In this document: in pieces, positions 28,401 through 43,400 of the stretch
Position numbering within the stretch: position 1 is the stretch's first letter
How the letters are laid out: each line of letters starts with the position of its first letter
DNA from: Callorhinchus milii
Lineage: Eukaryota
Assembly: GCF_018977255.1 (NCBI RefSeq)
Contig: NW_024704742.1
Coordinates: 78,556,001-78,620,000, forward strand
Direction: 5' to 3'
Length of the DNA stretch: 64,000 bases
Notes under the pieces: generated by a model
What the model saw: only the letters and a program-made list of their open reading frames with translations
What the model was told of the DNA's origin: nothing
The model's database searches: none
Translations under genes and position numbers: made by a program

Positions 28401-31400
28401 TATGAGTTATATTTGCTACACACAAAAGCTAATAATAATAATAATGCTTGCATTTGATATAACTCCTTATCACGTCTTAGTGATATCTCAAAGTGCTTCA
28501 CAGAATATACTGTAAAGTGAATTGACTGTATATTTTGTTGGCAAGCCGCACGAGGATAGATAAGGATAGCATAAGAAAGTGTCAAACGTACTGAGACATT
28601 CTTACGATATCACATTGATAAAAAAGTAATTACAGATGCAAAAACAGAAACAAAGTGTCACTGTAGCTCTGAAGGATAAAATAGCTATTTTCTAAAAGTA
28701 TTTGCTGAATCTGATGATACCGCACTACCGGTATTTCCAGAGTATTGGCTACTCTGAAAATGGATACTTGCTGTGGAGAGGTGCTGTCATGTCTGTCAGA
28801 GAGTGAAACCTTTAGGCTGAAAAATCACTAAACGTACAATAGATTTATTATACGATAATTTTACTATATATATGGCTATTGGTGCATCAGGGACTTTTAC
28901 TACTTATGCTCCTTGCAATATATGGAGTATAGTGCAATATATGGAGTATGACTAGGACAATACCTACATCACTTTAATAATTAATTTGGAAATAATTAGA
29001 GGTTACATCTTGCTCTATATTTCCCTTTTACACAGGCTGTTTAAGTGATCATTGACACTACATCAGGAACAGTACGGTTTGAACCAATTAGCACTTTGTG
29101 GACATTAAGAGGGTTCACTTCCTGGATTATGTAAAATGAAAGACTGAGCTGATCTGTGTATTCAGTGTAATGTATTAACCTCTTTCAATTTAAATAGTGC
29201 AAGAATCACACACAAAACAAAAGTAAGAAAATTGGCAAAAGTTAAGTAAACCAGACCAATATAGCTCAATGGTTAGAGCACTCGCCTCTCAAGTGAGAGA
29301 CCTGGGTTCGATTCCCGGCAGGGTAAAACCTTGGATAAGTTTCCTTACTCCACACGCCTAATAATAATCCCTCAAGAAAAAAAAACAATAATAAATTGGT
29401 CACTTCAATCCACGACTGTTTGTGGGACACTGCTGTGTGCAATTGGCTGACATGTTTTGCCCACAAATATACGTCAATTCACTTTACAATATATTCTGTG
29501 AAGTGCTTTGAGACGTTTAGAAGATGTGAAAAGCGCTATATCAAATGCAAGGATTATTATCATTATTATTAGTACTGTGCCATCCAACTTTTGTATATCT
29601 TACAGTATATCCAATGAAATAGAAGATTTTTGAAGGCAGTATTGATAGATTTTTTGACAAGTTAAAGGAACTGAAGGCTAACAAATCTTCACAATCATAC
29701 AATTTATATTCTGTGGCACTACTTCCCTGAAAGAGTTATTGGACTCTGTAAAGTTCTGCATGATTAGAGGCAATCTTATCTCTGTATAAAGAGGAAGACT
29801 TATCTGAACCAAACAATTATAGGTGTATCACACTCGCAAGATCACAAAATCACCAGATTACAATATTGGTCTAGCCCTTCAGCCCATTCAATTTCAGCCC
29901 TCCCACCTTACCATCTCCCCATCATGCATCAAGCTGCTTTTTGAGTTTGGTATATGAGTTTAGAATCCTGGTCTCTTCCACCTTTCAAGCAATTTCTTCC
30001 AGTCATTAATTATCAAAAAATTAATTTAAACAAAAAACTTCCGAGAGTCTGTCCTAAAATTGCTCCTTACAACTCTAAACCGATGTCCTCTTACTCCAAT
30101 CGACTGTCTTGATTGTATACAATACAATACAAATTTACATTTTTATAGCGCCTTTCTTGTCGGGATGATGTCCCACGTTTGCCAGATGATCCATGGTATG
30201 CACCGGTGGGAGCCAAAGGAGGATGGTGTGCGGGTGGTGAGAGGGGAAGATGGCCATAATGCATTCAAAGAGGAACATGTTGAGGCAGACTTTAAAGGAA
30301 GCGAGGGAAGGGTGAGGCGAAGGGACTGGACGGGGGCAGATTCGTTGAAAGCCTGAAATGGTGAGGTGGGCGAGGCAGGAGACATAAAATAGGGCAGTGT
30401 CCGATGAGCAGAGGTAGTGGCCGGATCGCTAGGGTTTGAGGAGGTTGCAAAGCTGGAGCAAGACCATTGAGGTCAAGACCATTGACCACTTTACAGCAAT
30501 CGTCACCTCATACACGCATTTGTCACCTCAAGGCTCAACTACGGAAACTCCCTCCTTGTTGGCCTCCTCAACTTCTCTCCACAAACAGATAAGCCAGAAC
30601 TCAGCAGCTCGTGTCCTCTACCGCACCAGGCTCCATGACCCCATCCCCCCCACCCTGGTCCGGCTCCACTGTCTCCCCATCCCTCAGAGAATAGAATTTA
30701 AAATCCTCATCCTCACTTTCAAGGACATTCACGGCCTTGCCCCTCCTACCTCTCCAAGCTGCTAACCCCTTATCAACCTGTCCATTCCCTCCGCTCAGCA
30801 AGGTCTGGCCTACTCCATGTCCCCTTCCCGTCTCGCCCTACCATTGGCGGTTGGTCCTTCAGTCTCTCTGCCCCCACCCTTTGGAACTCCGTCCCACATT
30901 TTATTTGCCTCGCTCCCTCCTTTGCCTCCTTCAAGGCACGCCTCAAGACCCTCCTCTTTGACCGTGGTTCGGCCACCCTCCTACCCTCTCTGCCCTCCAC
31001 CCTTCCTGATCCCAACTGACCCCCTCCCCATCGTTCGGACTCTAATCCCTGAATGTTCAACGCCTTGGAACATCCTCCCGACGTGAAAGATACTTTACAA
31101 ATGTAATTTTGTATTGTATTGTATCAATGCAGAATTTGTGAATTGATTTTCCGCCCTCCTTAAATTCTAATGCTTTTCTCATTTCATGGCTGTTTGTGGC
31201 ACATTGTTGTATGCAAATTGCATTTATAGAACGTCTTTCACATTGGAAGAACTGCCCAAGGCACTAGACAGTGAAGGGTTTGAACCCAAATTGGAGATTG
31301 GAATCAAGAGGGGTGGAGGGCAAGAGGGGTGGAGGTGGGAGGATGACTGAAGGCACAGTTAAAGAGGAAGGTCTTGAGATGAGCGTTGAATGAATCAAGG

Positions 31401-34400
31401 TAGGGGGCAAGTCCGAGTGGCTCAGGGGTGGAGTTCAGAAGGTGGAGGCAGAAACGCTGAAAGCCTGACTTCTGATAATGGAGCAGTAGGGCGGGGGACA
31501 TGGAGTAGCCCAGGGCCTGCCAAGCAGTCAAACCACTGACATTCTTCATGTCCCTGACCTATCCACCCAACTATTAATGTCTAGACTTTCAGCCATTTTG
31601 TTCCCCACTCTCTGGATCTCATTTTCTATTTCCCACATTTAAAATCCACCTGAAGACTTACCTCCCTTTTGGTCATTATTCCCCTCCCTAATCTCCCTAT
31701 TAGTGACAGGGATTGAAATGAAAGTGGGAGACCTGGAAAGGGAAATGTTCGAATTATACAAAGCACTTTGCAGATCATATTCAGTTCTGTTCACAAGACA
31801 TAACATTCAGATAAAAGCTTTAGAAGATATTTAAATAACAAATAATATGGTATTACCATTGTAAGATTCAAAATTTGATTAAAATTGTATAATATTTATT
31901 TATAAGTGCACTGGGACATATTTGGTAAACTTACTGAATGAAGCAGAATAGCAATTCAGGAAGGGTAAGCATATTTGTTCTATGGATTGCACAGCACAGA
32001 ATCAGACCTATAATATTTTCATACAAACTGAACCAGGAATACTGTAAGTAAACCGAAGCAAAGACCAAATCCAGTCCATATGCACATTTGCCATGAATAA
32101 GTGTATCTGTTTAAGTGCTTTGAGACATCCTTCTGACCTGAACGCTGCTCTATAAAATAAAAATAAATTGTGTTGTAAATTGAATTGTATGTTGTCTTTA
32201 CCAGTACATGCACTATATAAATGGCACAAGACATTTAAATGTGCATTTTGTAGGCAAAATGAAACTAATAATCCTTGCATTTAAGGCTAACAGGAGAAAT
32301 TTCAGCCCTTACCGAATGCAAGACATTTGAAAAAGTCAGCTAAAAACAACAAATTGAGAGACACTACTTTCCTGAAGCTACATAGATGATTAACATGTGA
32401 CTGGACATGTTATGTAACAAAATAAGGATATAGAACATCCTTGTTGTATTCAACTATGTATTTGTTCCATGTCACCAAGAATAATTTTACGCCAATCAGA
32501 ATAATCTATACTAATCCATTTGAAAGAGATTTTCTTTCTGGTGTCCTGGCCAACAATCCCCAGATTAAATTGGTCATTCAGAGTTCCGAGATGCTATATA
32601 ATGGGGGATTTTTAGACAGGAACAATCCAAATTGTTGTTGATGTAATTTACTTCATCACTGTTTGTGAACACTGTTGTGTGCAAATTGGCTGGATACTGC
32701 TGGAGTCTAACCAACTAAAGCTGCATAGCTTGCCATTGATATCACTATCTGGCAAGCTTTCCTGCTGCTTGTCCAGAACCACCCTACACATTAGGGCTTT
32801 GGTTTGCAGGGTTAACAGGAGCTGAGTGGGATGACGCTCTGCCCCAAATGACTGGTCTGCTTTTTCAGGTCCTGCCGTGGAGCCAGGCTGGCTGTGCTGT
32901 TATCAGCAGTGCCCCAGAATACTGCGGACCTGCCTGGCTCAGGAACCGGACTGCTGAGACAGCCACAGAGGGTTGGCTCGATTCCGACATTCCGTCGCCA
33001 GGCATGTCAGCTTGGAGCCGATTCAGCTCCAAGGAGACCCCGAATGGAGAGCATCTTGCATCTTTCCTGTTTAACTTACATGCCAGCATTCTATAACCAA
33101 CATACTGTTGTTATGTTCTTACTGCTCAGGCTATCAGACAATCAACAATACAATATACATCAAGTGAAATAAAGCACAGCCTGTGCCAGCTAAAGTAACT
33201 CCAACTACTGTATATACTTCATAAAGACAGTAACTCACTGTTTCATTTACAAGCATATTATGGAATGCTGTGAAATGCTGCTGACTATGTAGAAATAAAA
33301 TGGTATGAAAGCTAAGGAAAGCCTTAGGAGAAGATAGTGCAGGATAACACTAAAAAATAAGTACATTAAATGTTGACAAAAATGTATCTATATATACAAT
33401 TTCCTTAACTGTCATATGCATAGAAAGATTGTACATAATTTTAGAAATCCATTTTTATATGTTTCCATCTACTTTGTACTGCAATAAATCTGAATTAGTA
33501 CAATGATAGCTGGTTCAAGGACATTTCTCTGACATGAATTTTCATCTAGAGCTCTTGTGACATTTGAATAGTACATACACTGGTAAAGATAACACATATT
33601 CATGTCAAATGTGCATATTGTACAGGGTTAGATTTGACATCGTTTGGATTTGTGGAAATGCATTCAAAACAGTACTAATTGCCCCTTGAAATGCATCAAT
33701 GACTGAATAGTGTTTAATTGCACTGTCACTCGGTGGAACCTTTCCAGTTGGAAACAAGTGAAACAATGGCAGATTGGACAATGACCTGAAAGGCAACGGT
33801 TTTCGCTACGTTCAAAATCTCTGATGCTTACTGACTCGAATACAATAGTCTGAAATTCATGGTCCATTTGGCAACCTAGATTAATAATAGACAGCATACT
33901 CACACTTGCACACATACAATTCATACAATTTTACCAATGCTGAAGCAGCCTTCACACATCTTGATTCATCTTCTGTGTTAAATGCTTTTCCCCCTCAATG
34001 GGTTGAAAATTGTGAGATGTTGTGTAATTAAATAACACTGTTGACAATTTCACAGTATTGAAAATTGTGGTCTGGTCAATCTGCAATCTGTTTCAGCTCC
34101 CTCTGACTGTTTCACAGTGGTTGGGGGTAAAGCCACCATTCACCACTGTGCAGTCACCATTTTTTTTCTCTATAAACTATGATAAAATATTATAAATTAT
34201 AATTTCTGAGTTTCATAAATTCATCAATTAATTGAAGTCACAATGTGGGGCGTGACATTTGAGTGAGTTTTTTTAGCATGTTTGCTTGACTCAATGAAAT
34301 AAAGAGTTAAATATTTTGTGAACTGATACTCAAATGATGCTATCCATAATAATAATAATTATAATAATAGTAATAATCCTTGGATTTGGTATGGTGCTTT

Positions 34401-37400
34401 TCACATTCGGAGAATTTCCCAAAGCACTTCACAAGATATAGTAAAGTGTTGTGACTGTTTGTTTCTGTAAGTCTCCCCATTGGCAAGGTGCACGAGGTAT
34501 AGAATTCTAGCTAGTCTTAGCCAATAAGACTATTTTTGCTTAAAAGCCAAGAGCCTACATCTTTCTTTTTCATCTGTGGAAAAACAAACTGTAAATTAAA
34601 AATTGAATTAAAGTTGACTACAATTCTACATGATCTAGGATCTCCTTTTTATTGTCACAGGTGTCAATCTGTAGCACTCAGCTCAATTAGTACCACTCTC
34701 GCCTCAGTTTCAGAAGGTTGTAGGTTCAAGCCCCACAAATGGGACTCTTGAGCTAATAGTCTCTCTTGGCTGACACTCTAATGCCATTGGAACACAATGT
34801 CTTTTAAATTCAATTTTGAATTGAGGTCCTTAATGTGTATTCAGGTGGATTATAACAAGACAGGGCAATACTTGAAGAGAGATGTCCTGTCCAACAATCC
34901 TCCAGATAAAATCGTTCATTAACTTCATGGCTGTTTGTGGGGTATTGATGTACGCAAATTAGATGCTATGTTCACCTAGATAGTTACTTCACTTTATAGA
35001 AAAACATGTGACATATTTTCCAACATGATAAGTCTTGAAGCACTCCAGGACACTCCCCCACATGAAGGGCGCTATATAAATGCAGGTTGTTATTGTTATT
35101 GTTGTATATGTGATAAATGTAAGGATTATCATCAGTTTTCTTGCATGATTTCTCGATCTTAGTCTATTTTTATCCCTTTTACTATTAATGTTTTTCTTTA
35201 CTTGCCTTTACCTTTTTTACTGTGTGCCAAATGTACAGTTCTTTCATTTTCATTATTTAACGGAACAGCAAAGGAACTCTGCCAAGAACTTGAGGAACTG
35301 AGGAGCATGTGGGGGTCAAACCAATGCACTGTATTTCATTGTCATTTATTATCAATATTTACCATTTTCCTTTGCTAATATCTCATCTCACTTTTATTTT
35401 CTAAGGAAGTTATTAAGACTATAAATTGTCAGGTCCAATCTTGCTAGTGTGGTGGATAGACTTCATCTTATTTACCAGGAGCTCTCTGGTTCAAATTCTG
35501 ATTCAAATCCTCAGTCAGAAGCGAGATGGAGAGGCTAAATTGACCTTGGCTTTCCCAGGATTAGAAAGGGGGAAACTTGGACTGGGTTCTTGTATGTCAG
35601 CCTGGTATAGTTGGTATCATTCCTGCCTCTGGGTTAGAATGTTATGTGTTCAAGTCCCACGTCAGGATTTTGAACTCATATAGTGCTGATCTAATGCAAT
35701 GCTGAAGTGTGCTGCATTGTTGGAGGTGCTGTTCTTTGAATAATAACAATCTTTGCATTTGATATAGTGCCTTATTGCGTCATTGAGAAGACTCAAAGTG
35801 CCTCACAGAATATACTGTAAGATGTAGTGATTGTGTGTTTGAGGGTTAAACGCGGCAGCTAATTGCACACAGCAGTGTTCCACATAGTCGTAGATTGAGT
35901 GACCACATTATGTTTATTATCATTATTTTGGAGGGATTATTACTCCAGGAAAGCGATCTGCCAATCGACTGACAACCGGGTTCCTACTTACTGCTAGGTA
36001 AACAGAGTAGTGTGTGTGTGTGTGAAGTAAGGAAACCTGCCTGAGGTTTCACCCTGCCCAGGAATCAAACCCAGGTCCTCTTGCTTTGTGAGGCAAGTTC
36101 ACTAACCACTATGTTACAGGACGCCACATAACTAAATAAGCTCCCCCCGCACACATACACACAGACACTACCCACGTTTGTACCCCCCCAAAAAAGACCC
36201 CTCCCCCAACCTTACCCCCCCCCGCTCACTCGCAAACTCTCCCCTCCTCAAATGAAACATTAAACTAAAGTCCCATCTGTTTGCTCTGGTTGATGTGAAA
36301 GATCCCATGGCACTATTTGAAAAGAGAAGAGAGCTTCTTCTGGTGGCTGTTTGTGGGACATTGCTGGGTGGAATTGGGCTGCCACTTTCACCTACAAAAA
36401 TATACTACAAATCGCATTAAGAGCACTTTGAGATGTTATAAGGCCCAAATGGAAGAATTATTATTATTTTATTTGCTTCTCATCCTTCTTCAACAAAGGG
36501 TGAGGCTCAGCTGTGATGCCTTCTGCAGTCAAGTGACATGACAATATTCATGGCAAAGGCTCATGCATGAATAATGACCACTTGAGTGTGTACCAGAGGG
36601 CAACTAACATATGTGGAACTATACCCAAGCGAGAGCAGACCATGCCTTGAGCATCCAGGCATATGCTAGTGGGGAAAAACATTGGAAAAATAATTGGATG
36701 CTAACTTTTTTTAAAAAATCTATAAATTGTCAAAATACTCCAAAATATCTAAAAAGTGGAGGAATACTTGGCCGGTACTACTCCAGTTTTATGAACTGAT
36801 TTGTAACTATAGTAATGCTCTGAATTATTTGCATAACAATACGAACAGGTTCAATAATGAAATGCAATCTGTCTTCAATGAGTCATTTCAGTCCAAAAGG
36901 TTACAATGAAATGAATAGCACTCATTATTGCTTCTTCCTCCAACTGAGAATTATGAACATTATGTACTGCATGGGTTACAAAGGATGTGTTTCAGTAATT
37001 GGACCAGATAATAGTAACATCTTTATTGACTAGAACTCTAATAATTACCCACTGCAATTTCAATAGAACTTGCATTTTTAAAGAGTCTGTGACGTTGAAG
37101 GGTCTCAAACAGCTTGTTTAGAAATGTAGCAAGATTCACTAAACACTTTCTTGAATCAAGGGGCAATACAAATTGCAGAAAACAATTCAAGTTGCAAAGA
37201 ACTTGTAGATATCTGTAATGAGCATAGCACATGCTTTGTTACATTGGGCTGCTACTATGAATAATAATAATCCTTGCATTTGATGCTGCGCCTTATCACA
37301 TCATCGAGATATCTCAAAGCACTTCACGGGATTTTACTTTGAAGTGCAGTGACTGTGTATTTGTAGGCAAGCACGGCAGACAATTTACATGCAGCAATGT

Positions 37401-40400
37401 CCCACAAACAGTTATTAATTGAATCACCAATTTAATTTGTTAGTCAGGACACCAGGAGAAACTCTCTTCTCTTTTCAAATTCTACCATGGGATCTTTAAT
37501 GGCCACATGAAGAGGCAGACAGGACCGCAGTTTTATGTTTCAGCTGAAGGATGGCACCTCCAATAATCACATCGCCTGCACTCCACTGGAGTGTCAGCCT
37601 AGACTATAAACTCCAGATCCCTACACTTTATTGCAAATTCCTGTGAAGTACTTTGAGATATATTTGACATTCTAGGCATTATAATGCAATGGTATTTATT
37701 GCTGTATTGTACATATCAAAAAAAAAATCAGCAGTGCATTTAACCATTGAATGAGAATGGTGACAGGGATGCAGCAATAGAGGTGGCTGTAACGTTCTGC
37801 ACCAAAAAGCTAAAGAGAATGGGAAAACATAAACCAGGTTCTTGCAGGTTCTCCTAAGCACGAGTACTCATGTTAATTGACACATGATTGCAATCTGCAC
37901 CTTTATTGGGAAGCACAAATACATTCAAGCTATAGCACCTTGCTATCTCTCTGAACTTCTCATACACCACTCCTCTGCCCACCTGCTATGGTCAGTTCAC
38001 AGTCCTGCTGTGCATGCCCATTCTCTCTGCACCATCATTGATGGCCAAATCTTAATTTATATGCTCCAATTTCTGGAACTCTTTCCGTCTATCCCTCTGA
38101 CTTATCCCATTGCTATCTATCTTTAAATCCCAGTTTAAAATCTACCTCTTCAACTGTGCCTATGATCACCCTCCCCTTTTCCTACAAGTTCAGAGACCAA
38201 CCTTGCCAGTGTGAAGCGTTCCAAGATATTGTCCTACATGAAGGGCTATATAAATGCAGGTTGTTGTTGTTATCATTTTGTAAATATTATAGTTTGACAG
38301 CTGGAGACCATTTACTAAGTACTTAAAGTAATGGGAATAAAGTCAACATAGTGGTAAATTTGATGTTTACATGCTGATGAAGGGCTACTCACTGCAGCTG
38401 TCAGTTGCAACATCCATGAAGTACAGTTTTGGAATACTATGAGGCTTTAGTTTAGAAAGAAAATAGAAGGGAAGTTCTTGCCAGCATTCCCCTGGATAAA
38501 ATTGATCGTTCATGTTATAATTCTTTGTGCAACATTATTGTGCAAGAATTAGTTGCAGTGTTCACCTACAAAAAGACACAATCACTATACTTTACAGTAT
38601 ATTTTGTGAAGTACTTTGAGAAACTCTCTCAGAGTGCATGGCCGATATAAAATACTATTATTACTATAATGCAGTCACTACCTTTTACTGTATATTCTGT
38701 GAAGCACTTTCAGACATCATCCTAATGTGAAAGGCGCTATACCAAATGCAAGTGATGAGACATTCTATTGAGCTTAGCTGATCTATTACAATAACAATTT
38801 ACACTTGTTTAGTGCGTTTCACCTTGGTAGGACGTCTCAAAGCACTTCACACAACTGGTTGGGAGTATAATTAATGTCTACATTAGTTGGTCCTGAAATT
38901 AAACAAGAAATACCGCAAATCACAACCGTGGAGACCCCAAGCCTCCGCAGTCCTCACAAACCTGCATCTAAACTTTCTGGGATTACATAAAAAGAGTGCA
39001 TTTATCCAAGGAAAGTGTATATCTTTTACACCAGACAAAGAAACTTTTCCACACATATGCAGTGTCCCATGGATACTTTTAAGCACAGGTGAAGATGTAA
39101 TCCAAGAGATCAAAACAGAAGATTACCACTGAATTGAAAATATTGAAATAACCCTCCTGTGAATATCACATTCCAGGAACTGTCACAAGATTGATTCAAG
39201 TGCCAGTCAAATAATTCAATTTCTTTGAGCAGGATTCCTGCCAGCAAGTCATATCATATCATTTGCACTGAGGTGAAAGAAGATTGATAGAGGATTTTGC
39301 TTTGTTTATACAAATGAATACAACCAAAGCAATTAGAATAAGTGCAAATTGATTTATTAAAAAAAATGTATATCTCTGCTGTGTGTAGTTGTTTCAATCT
39401 TCAGTGTTTGACATCAAGTGGCAATGAGGCTGAAAAGGTGATACAGTCTTTTTGTGAACTGAACGTGATTGAGTTCACCGAACATCCTAGTTTGCAGATG
39501 AAATTGAGGCATTAACTCTGAAATTGAATGAAAAAATAAGGAAAAGATTCTGAGATTCTGATGCTGAAGGCCATCAAAGACCATTTTACAGCCAGCATTT
39601 GGCTAAGTGAATTTGTGCCTTCAAGGATGATCCTGAATTGAGATTGTCCTCAAGGTCTGTGAACATCATAGAGAGAAGAATGGTTTGGAAACAAAATGTT
39701 ATGCCATGTTGCTAGTGTCATTGGTGTTGTATGTTGTCACTCATCTGGGTGAGCCAAGAATACATTCCTCATCTCTGCAGGTACTGATGATTTCAATCCC
39801 TCTGCAGATTATACACATTCAGTCCTGTAAATTAGTGGTTACAGCACTCGCCTCGCAAGTGAGAGACCTGGGTTCAATTCCCGGCAGGGCGAAACTTTTT
39901 GGACAAGTTTCCTTACTCCACACGCCTTTGTTTACCTAGCAGTAAGTAGGAACCTGGTTGTTAGTCAATTGGCAGATCACTTTTCCCGGGGTAATAATTC
40001 CTTTAAAAAATGTGATGACTTAATCCACAACTGTCTGTGGGACACCCCTGTGTGCAATTGGCTGCCAAATTTTGTCCACAAAACAAATAGTCAATTCAAT
40101 TTATAGTCTATTCTGCTAATTTTTTGAGATGTCTAGAAGACATGATAAAGTGCTGTATCAAATGGAAGGATTATTATTATTCAGTCCTCAAGTGATGCTC
40201 AGAGAGATGACCCCATTGCCAGAATCAACCTTCGTCTATTATAGTTTGTAACATTGCAAATACACAGAAGACACAGAGGATTGTAATGTGATCATTCTGT
40301 TAGTTGATGTTACCAATGTTAGTTGATGTAATGTACACTGACAACACAGCCAATAGGCTATAGAACTGAAACTACATTGATGAGACTGATGAAAAGAGTC

Positions 40401-43400
40401 CAAGCTGTGGTGTAGGCATTGCAGAGAACTACATTGGCAGTGATGCTCCAACAACTATGACCTAAACACTTGTACAGTTTCCTGTTTACCTATCTCCTCC
40501 TCCATAGTTATGAGGCTAGACATTTCTAATTCTCCTTTATGCACTGGAAGGGTTCATTCTCAGTTCATTCTCATTCTCAAGGGTTCATTCTCTGTAGGGG
40601 TGATCAGGTGTACCATTTTGGGGGCCATCTGTGTGTCTGGCCAATGCAAAAGCCCATCCCTAAACTTAAGAGTACTTAAATCAAACTGATAGTTTCATGC
40701 ATCTCATGTATGCATAGATATTCGCTGAATATTTATTGGAATGGAATGCATACTGTCTCCCTGAAGGGCTGCATCCTGTTTATCTAATTCTGGAGAGTAT
40801 TAGACTCAGATTGGCAAGATCCAAGGTTAGGGACCCGAGAATGTAAATTGTTATCATGATAGATTGCCCAAGCACATTGTAGATACAGCATTTCCAGTCA
40901 ATAATGAGACATTCTCTATTCAATCCCCGTCACTCTGGGATGGAATTGATATTTGGTCTCATCAGAGAAACAATAATATTCTAATCTGCTCAATACCAGG
41001 CCCCACTGCTGAGAAATGCTAACAAAACTGCATAACCATTACCATACTATTTAATATCTATGAATATCAAGCTGGTTGACACGTCACAAGTTGTCCGATA
41101 AAGGTCTCCCACCAGCTGAAGGCAGACTAATAGCTGATGAAGGAACTCTGAGGCTTGGGGTGACAGCTGCTCATGAAAGCATATATAGTGCTCACATATT
41201 CAGGACGTGGAATCTACCTTGATTAGTTTGCAGAGAGGTAAGAAGCTGCTGCTCAAACTCCGTACCTCCAACTGGTAGAACCAACCCTTCAAGGGAAAGG
41301 ATGTGTGTCCAAGCTGTGGGCAGGAAGATGGTGGCAGTGCTCTCACATATTTCATACTGAGCTGTGTTGCCCACCAGGAAACTCACCAGGAATTCCTGAT
41401 ACCTGCCATCCACTAAGTGAGGGCTCAAACCCAAGCTTGTTGGATGTCAAAGAACTAACTGGTGACTATCCTCCTGCCGGGAGAGGTAAGCGGGGTCTCC
41501 ATGCTGAGCTGTTATGGCTCCAAGGTGACATGCTTGGTAGCAGAATGTTGGAATCAGGTCAACCCTCGGCAGCCCAATTTGTGAGCCAGGTGGGTATGTA
41601 GTTTTCCAAACCATTACTGGTGACAGATCAGCCAACCTGACTCATTATTAGCAGTTGAAAGGGCAAGCCATTGACTGGCAGTGCAGAATCTTCCCAGTAG
41701 TTCCTGTTAACCTTGCATGCCAAAGTCCTAATAAGTAGGTGGTACTTGATAGTCAGAAGAGGGAAGCTTGTCAGACAGTGCTCTCAGTTATATCACTATA
41801 TTTTCCATTTGTCTCCCTGGCAAGTTGTTAAAGGCCAATATCCCTTCAACAAATGCAACTGAAACAGCACAATTGCATAAGCACTTTGGGTTAATGATTC
41901 CATCTATTAATGTTAGTTCTGCTCTTGTACACTGTTGAGCTTGGGAGCTGCTCTCAGACATTTTACAAGGTTATGTCATCAGCACTCACTCTTCAAGCAA
42001 AAATCGCCAATATAAATCTACAGAAAAGGATGTTAAAATTAATCATACATTACTTATTTTCCAGGTCACTCATTTTAAAGAGTTAGCTATGGTGATACTT
42101 TTACTGTTTGTTATTATTATACTGCTATAAAATAAGGGAATCCTGTTAACACATGCCAGTTGGGAGACTTAAAATCCCAACCCGTACTCTAATGGGGTCA
42201 GCTCTTCTATATTTGTTGCCCATGCACACAGGAAGACAAAGATGAATGACATCTGGATCATCAACATCCTGTTAATGTTAACAAGTGACATGGGCAACTG
42301 CCTGATGACCCGGAAGTCAGCCATTTGTCTCTTCCACACTGGCGAAGAATTGATGAAGCTGAATCTTAGATATATTAGGTAAGTAAATGTCAGGATCTAT
42401 AACCAAATCACAGTATAACCAAAACTGCGTTATAATGAAGTGTTTTATAATAAGGTTCTACTATAGAAACATCCGGTGCAGTAACGGGGAGTGTTGGATT
42501 GTCAGAGATGCTATTCTTCAGATGAGACACTAAGCCAAGGTGCCAGTTGGCTGTTCAGGTCAGATGTCAAAGATCCAATGGTGCTATTGAAAAAAGGAAG
42601 GAGATTCCTCCTGGTATCCTGGCAAAAAATATTAAATAGTTATGCTAATCCTTGCATTTGGTATGGCACATTCACAGTGACTATTTTGTAGGTGAATGTG
42701 GCAGCCAATCTGCACAGAGCAATGTCCCGCAAACAGCCATGAAGTGAATGACCAATTTTATTGGGGGATTGTTGGCCAAAATACTGTTACTATCCACCTA
42801 AAAAGGGAGATGAGACCTCTGTTTAATGTTTCATACGAAAGATGGTACCTCCAAGAATATGTTGCATCTAAGCACTGCATTTGAGTGTCAACCTCAATTA
42901 GATGAGTTCCTGATATGAGGTGTGAACTCACATGTTTTAATACAGTGACAAGAGTTGCCAACTGAGCCAAGGTAACATCTGATGCTCCACATCAATTTGT
43001 CATGGCGATTTGAGGTACATTACCATGTGCAAATTAGCTGCCATGTTTGATTACAAATACAGTCACTACACATCATAGCAAAACACACACAGTATTTTAC
43101 TATATATTCCTGTGAAGCACTTTGAGAAGTCTCGACAGTGTGACAAGGCATTATATCAAATGCAAAGATTATTATTACTACAATAAGTGCATCATATATT
43201 TGACATTATAGGTGCTGTATCTATTGCAAGAATTCTTATTTTTATAAAACAATATATATGAAGTGATGCTCTTCATCAACTTTGCTATTTGATAAACTCT
43301 CAAAACAGTAATAATTGTTTCCGCAGATCGGATGCTAACTTGGAAATCTTTCCAGTGTGTAAAACATGTTGTCCCTTCGCCTTGCCCCCTCTCTTCCTAT

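Noticed and set aside
38883..39132. Second Harbinger-like relic or a nested exon
   Set aside because: The motif similarity is too faint and there is no convincing splice or ORF support.
41130..41160. CTGATGA as a hammerhead ribozyme core (also near 24996 and 38374)
   Set aside because: I found no correctly placed GAAA with pairing helices.
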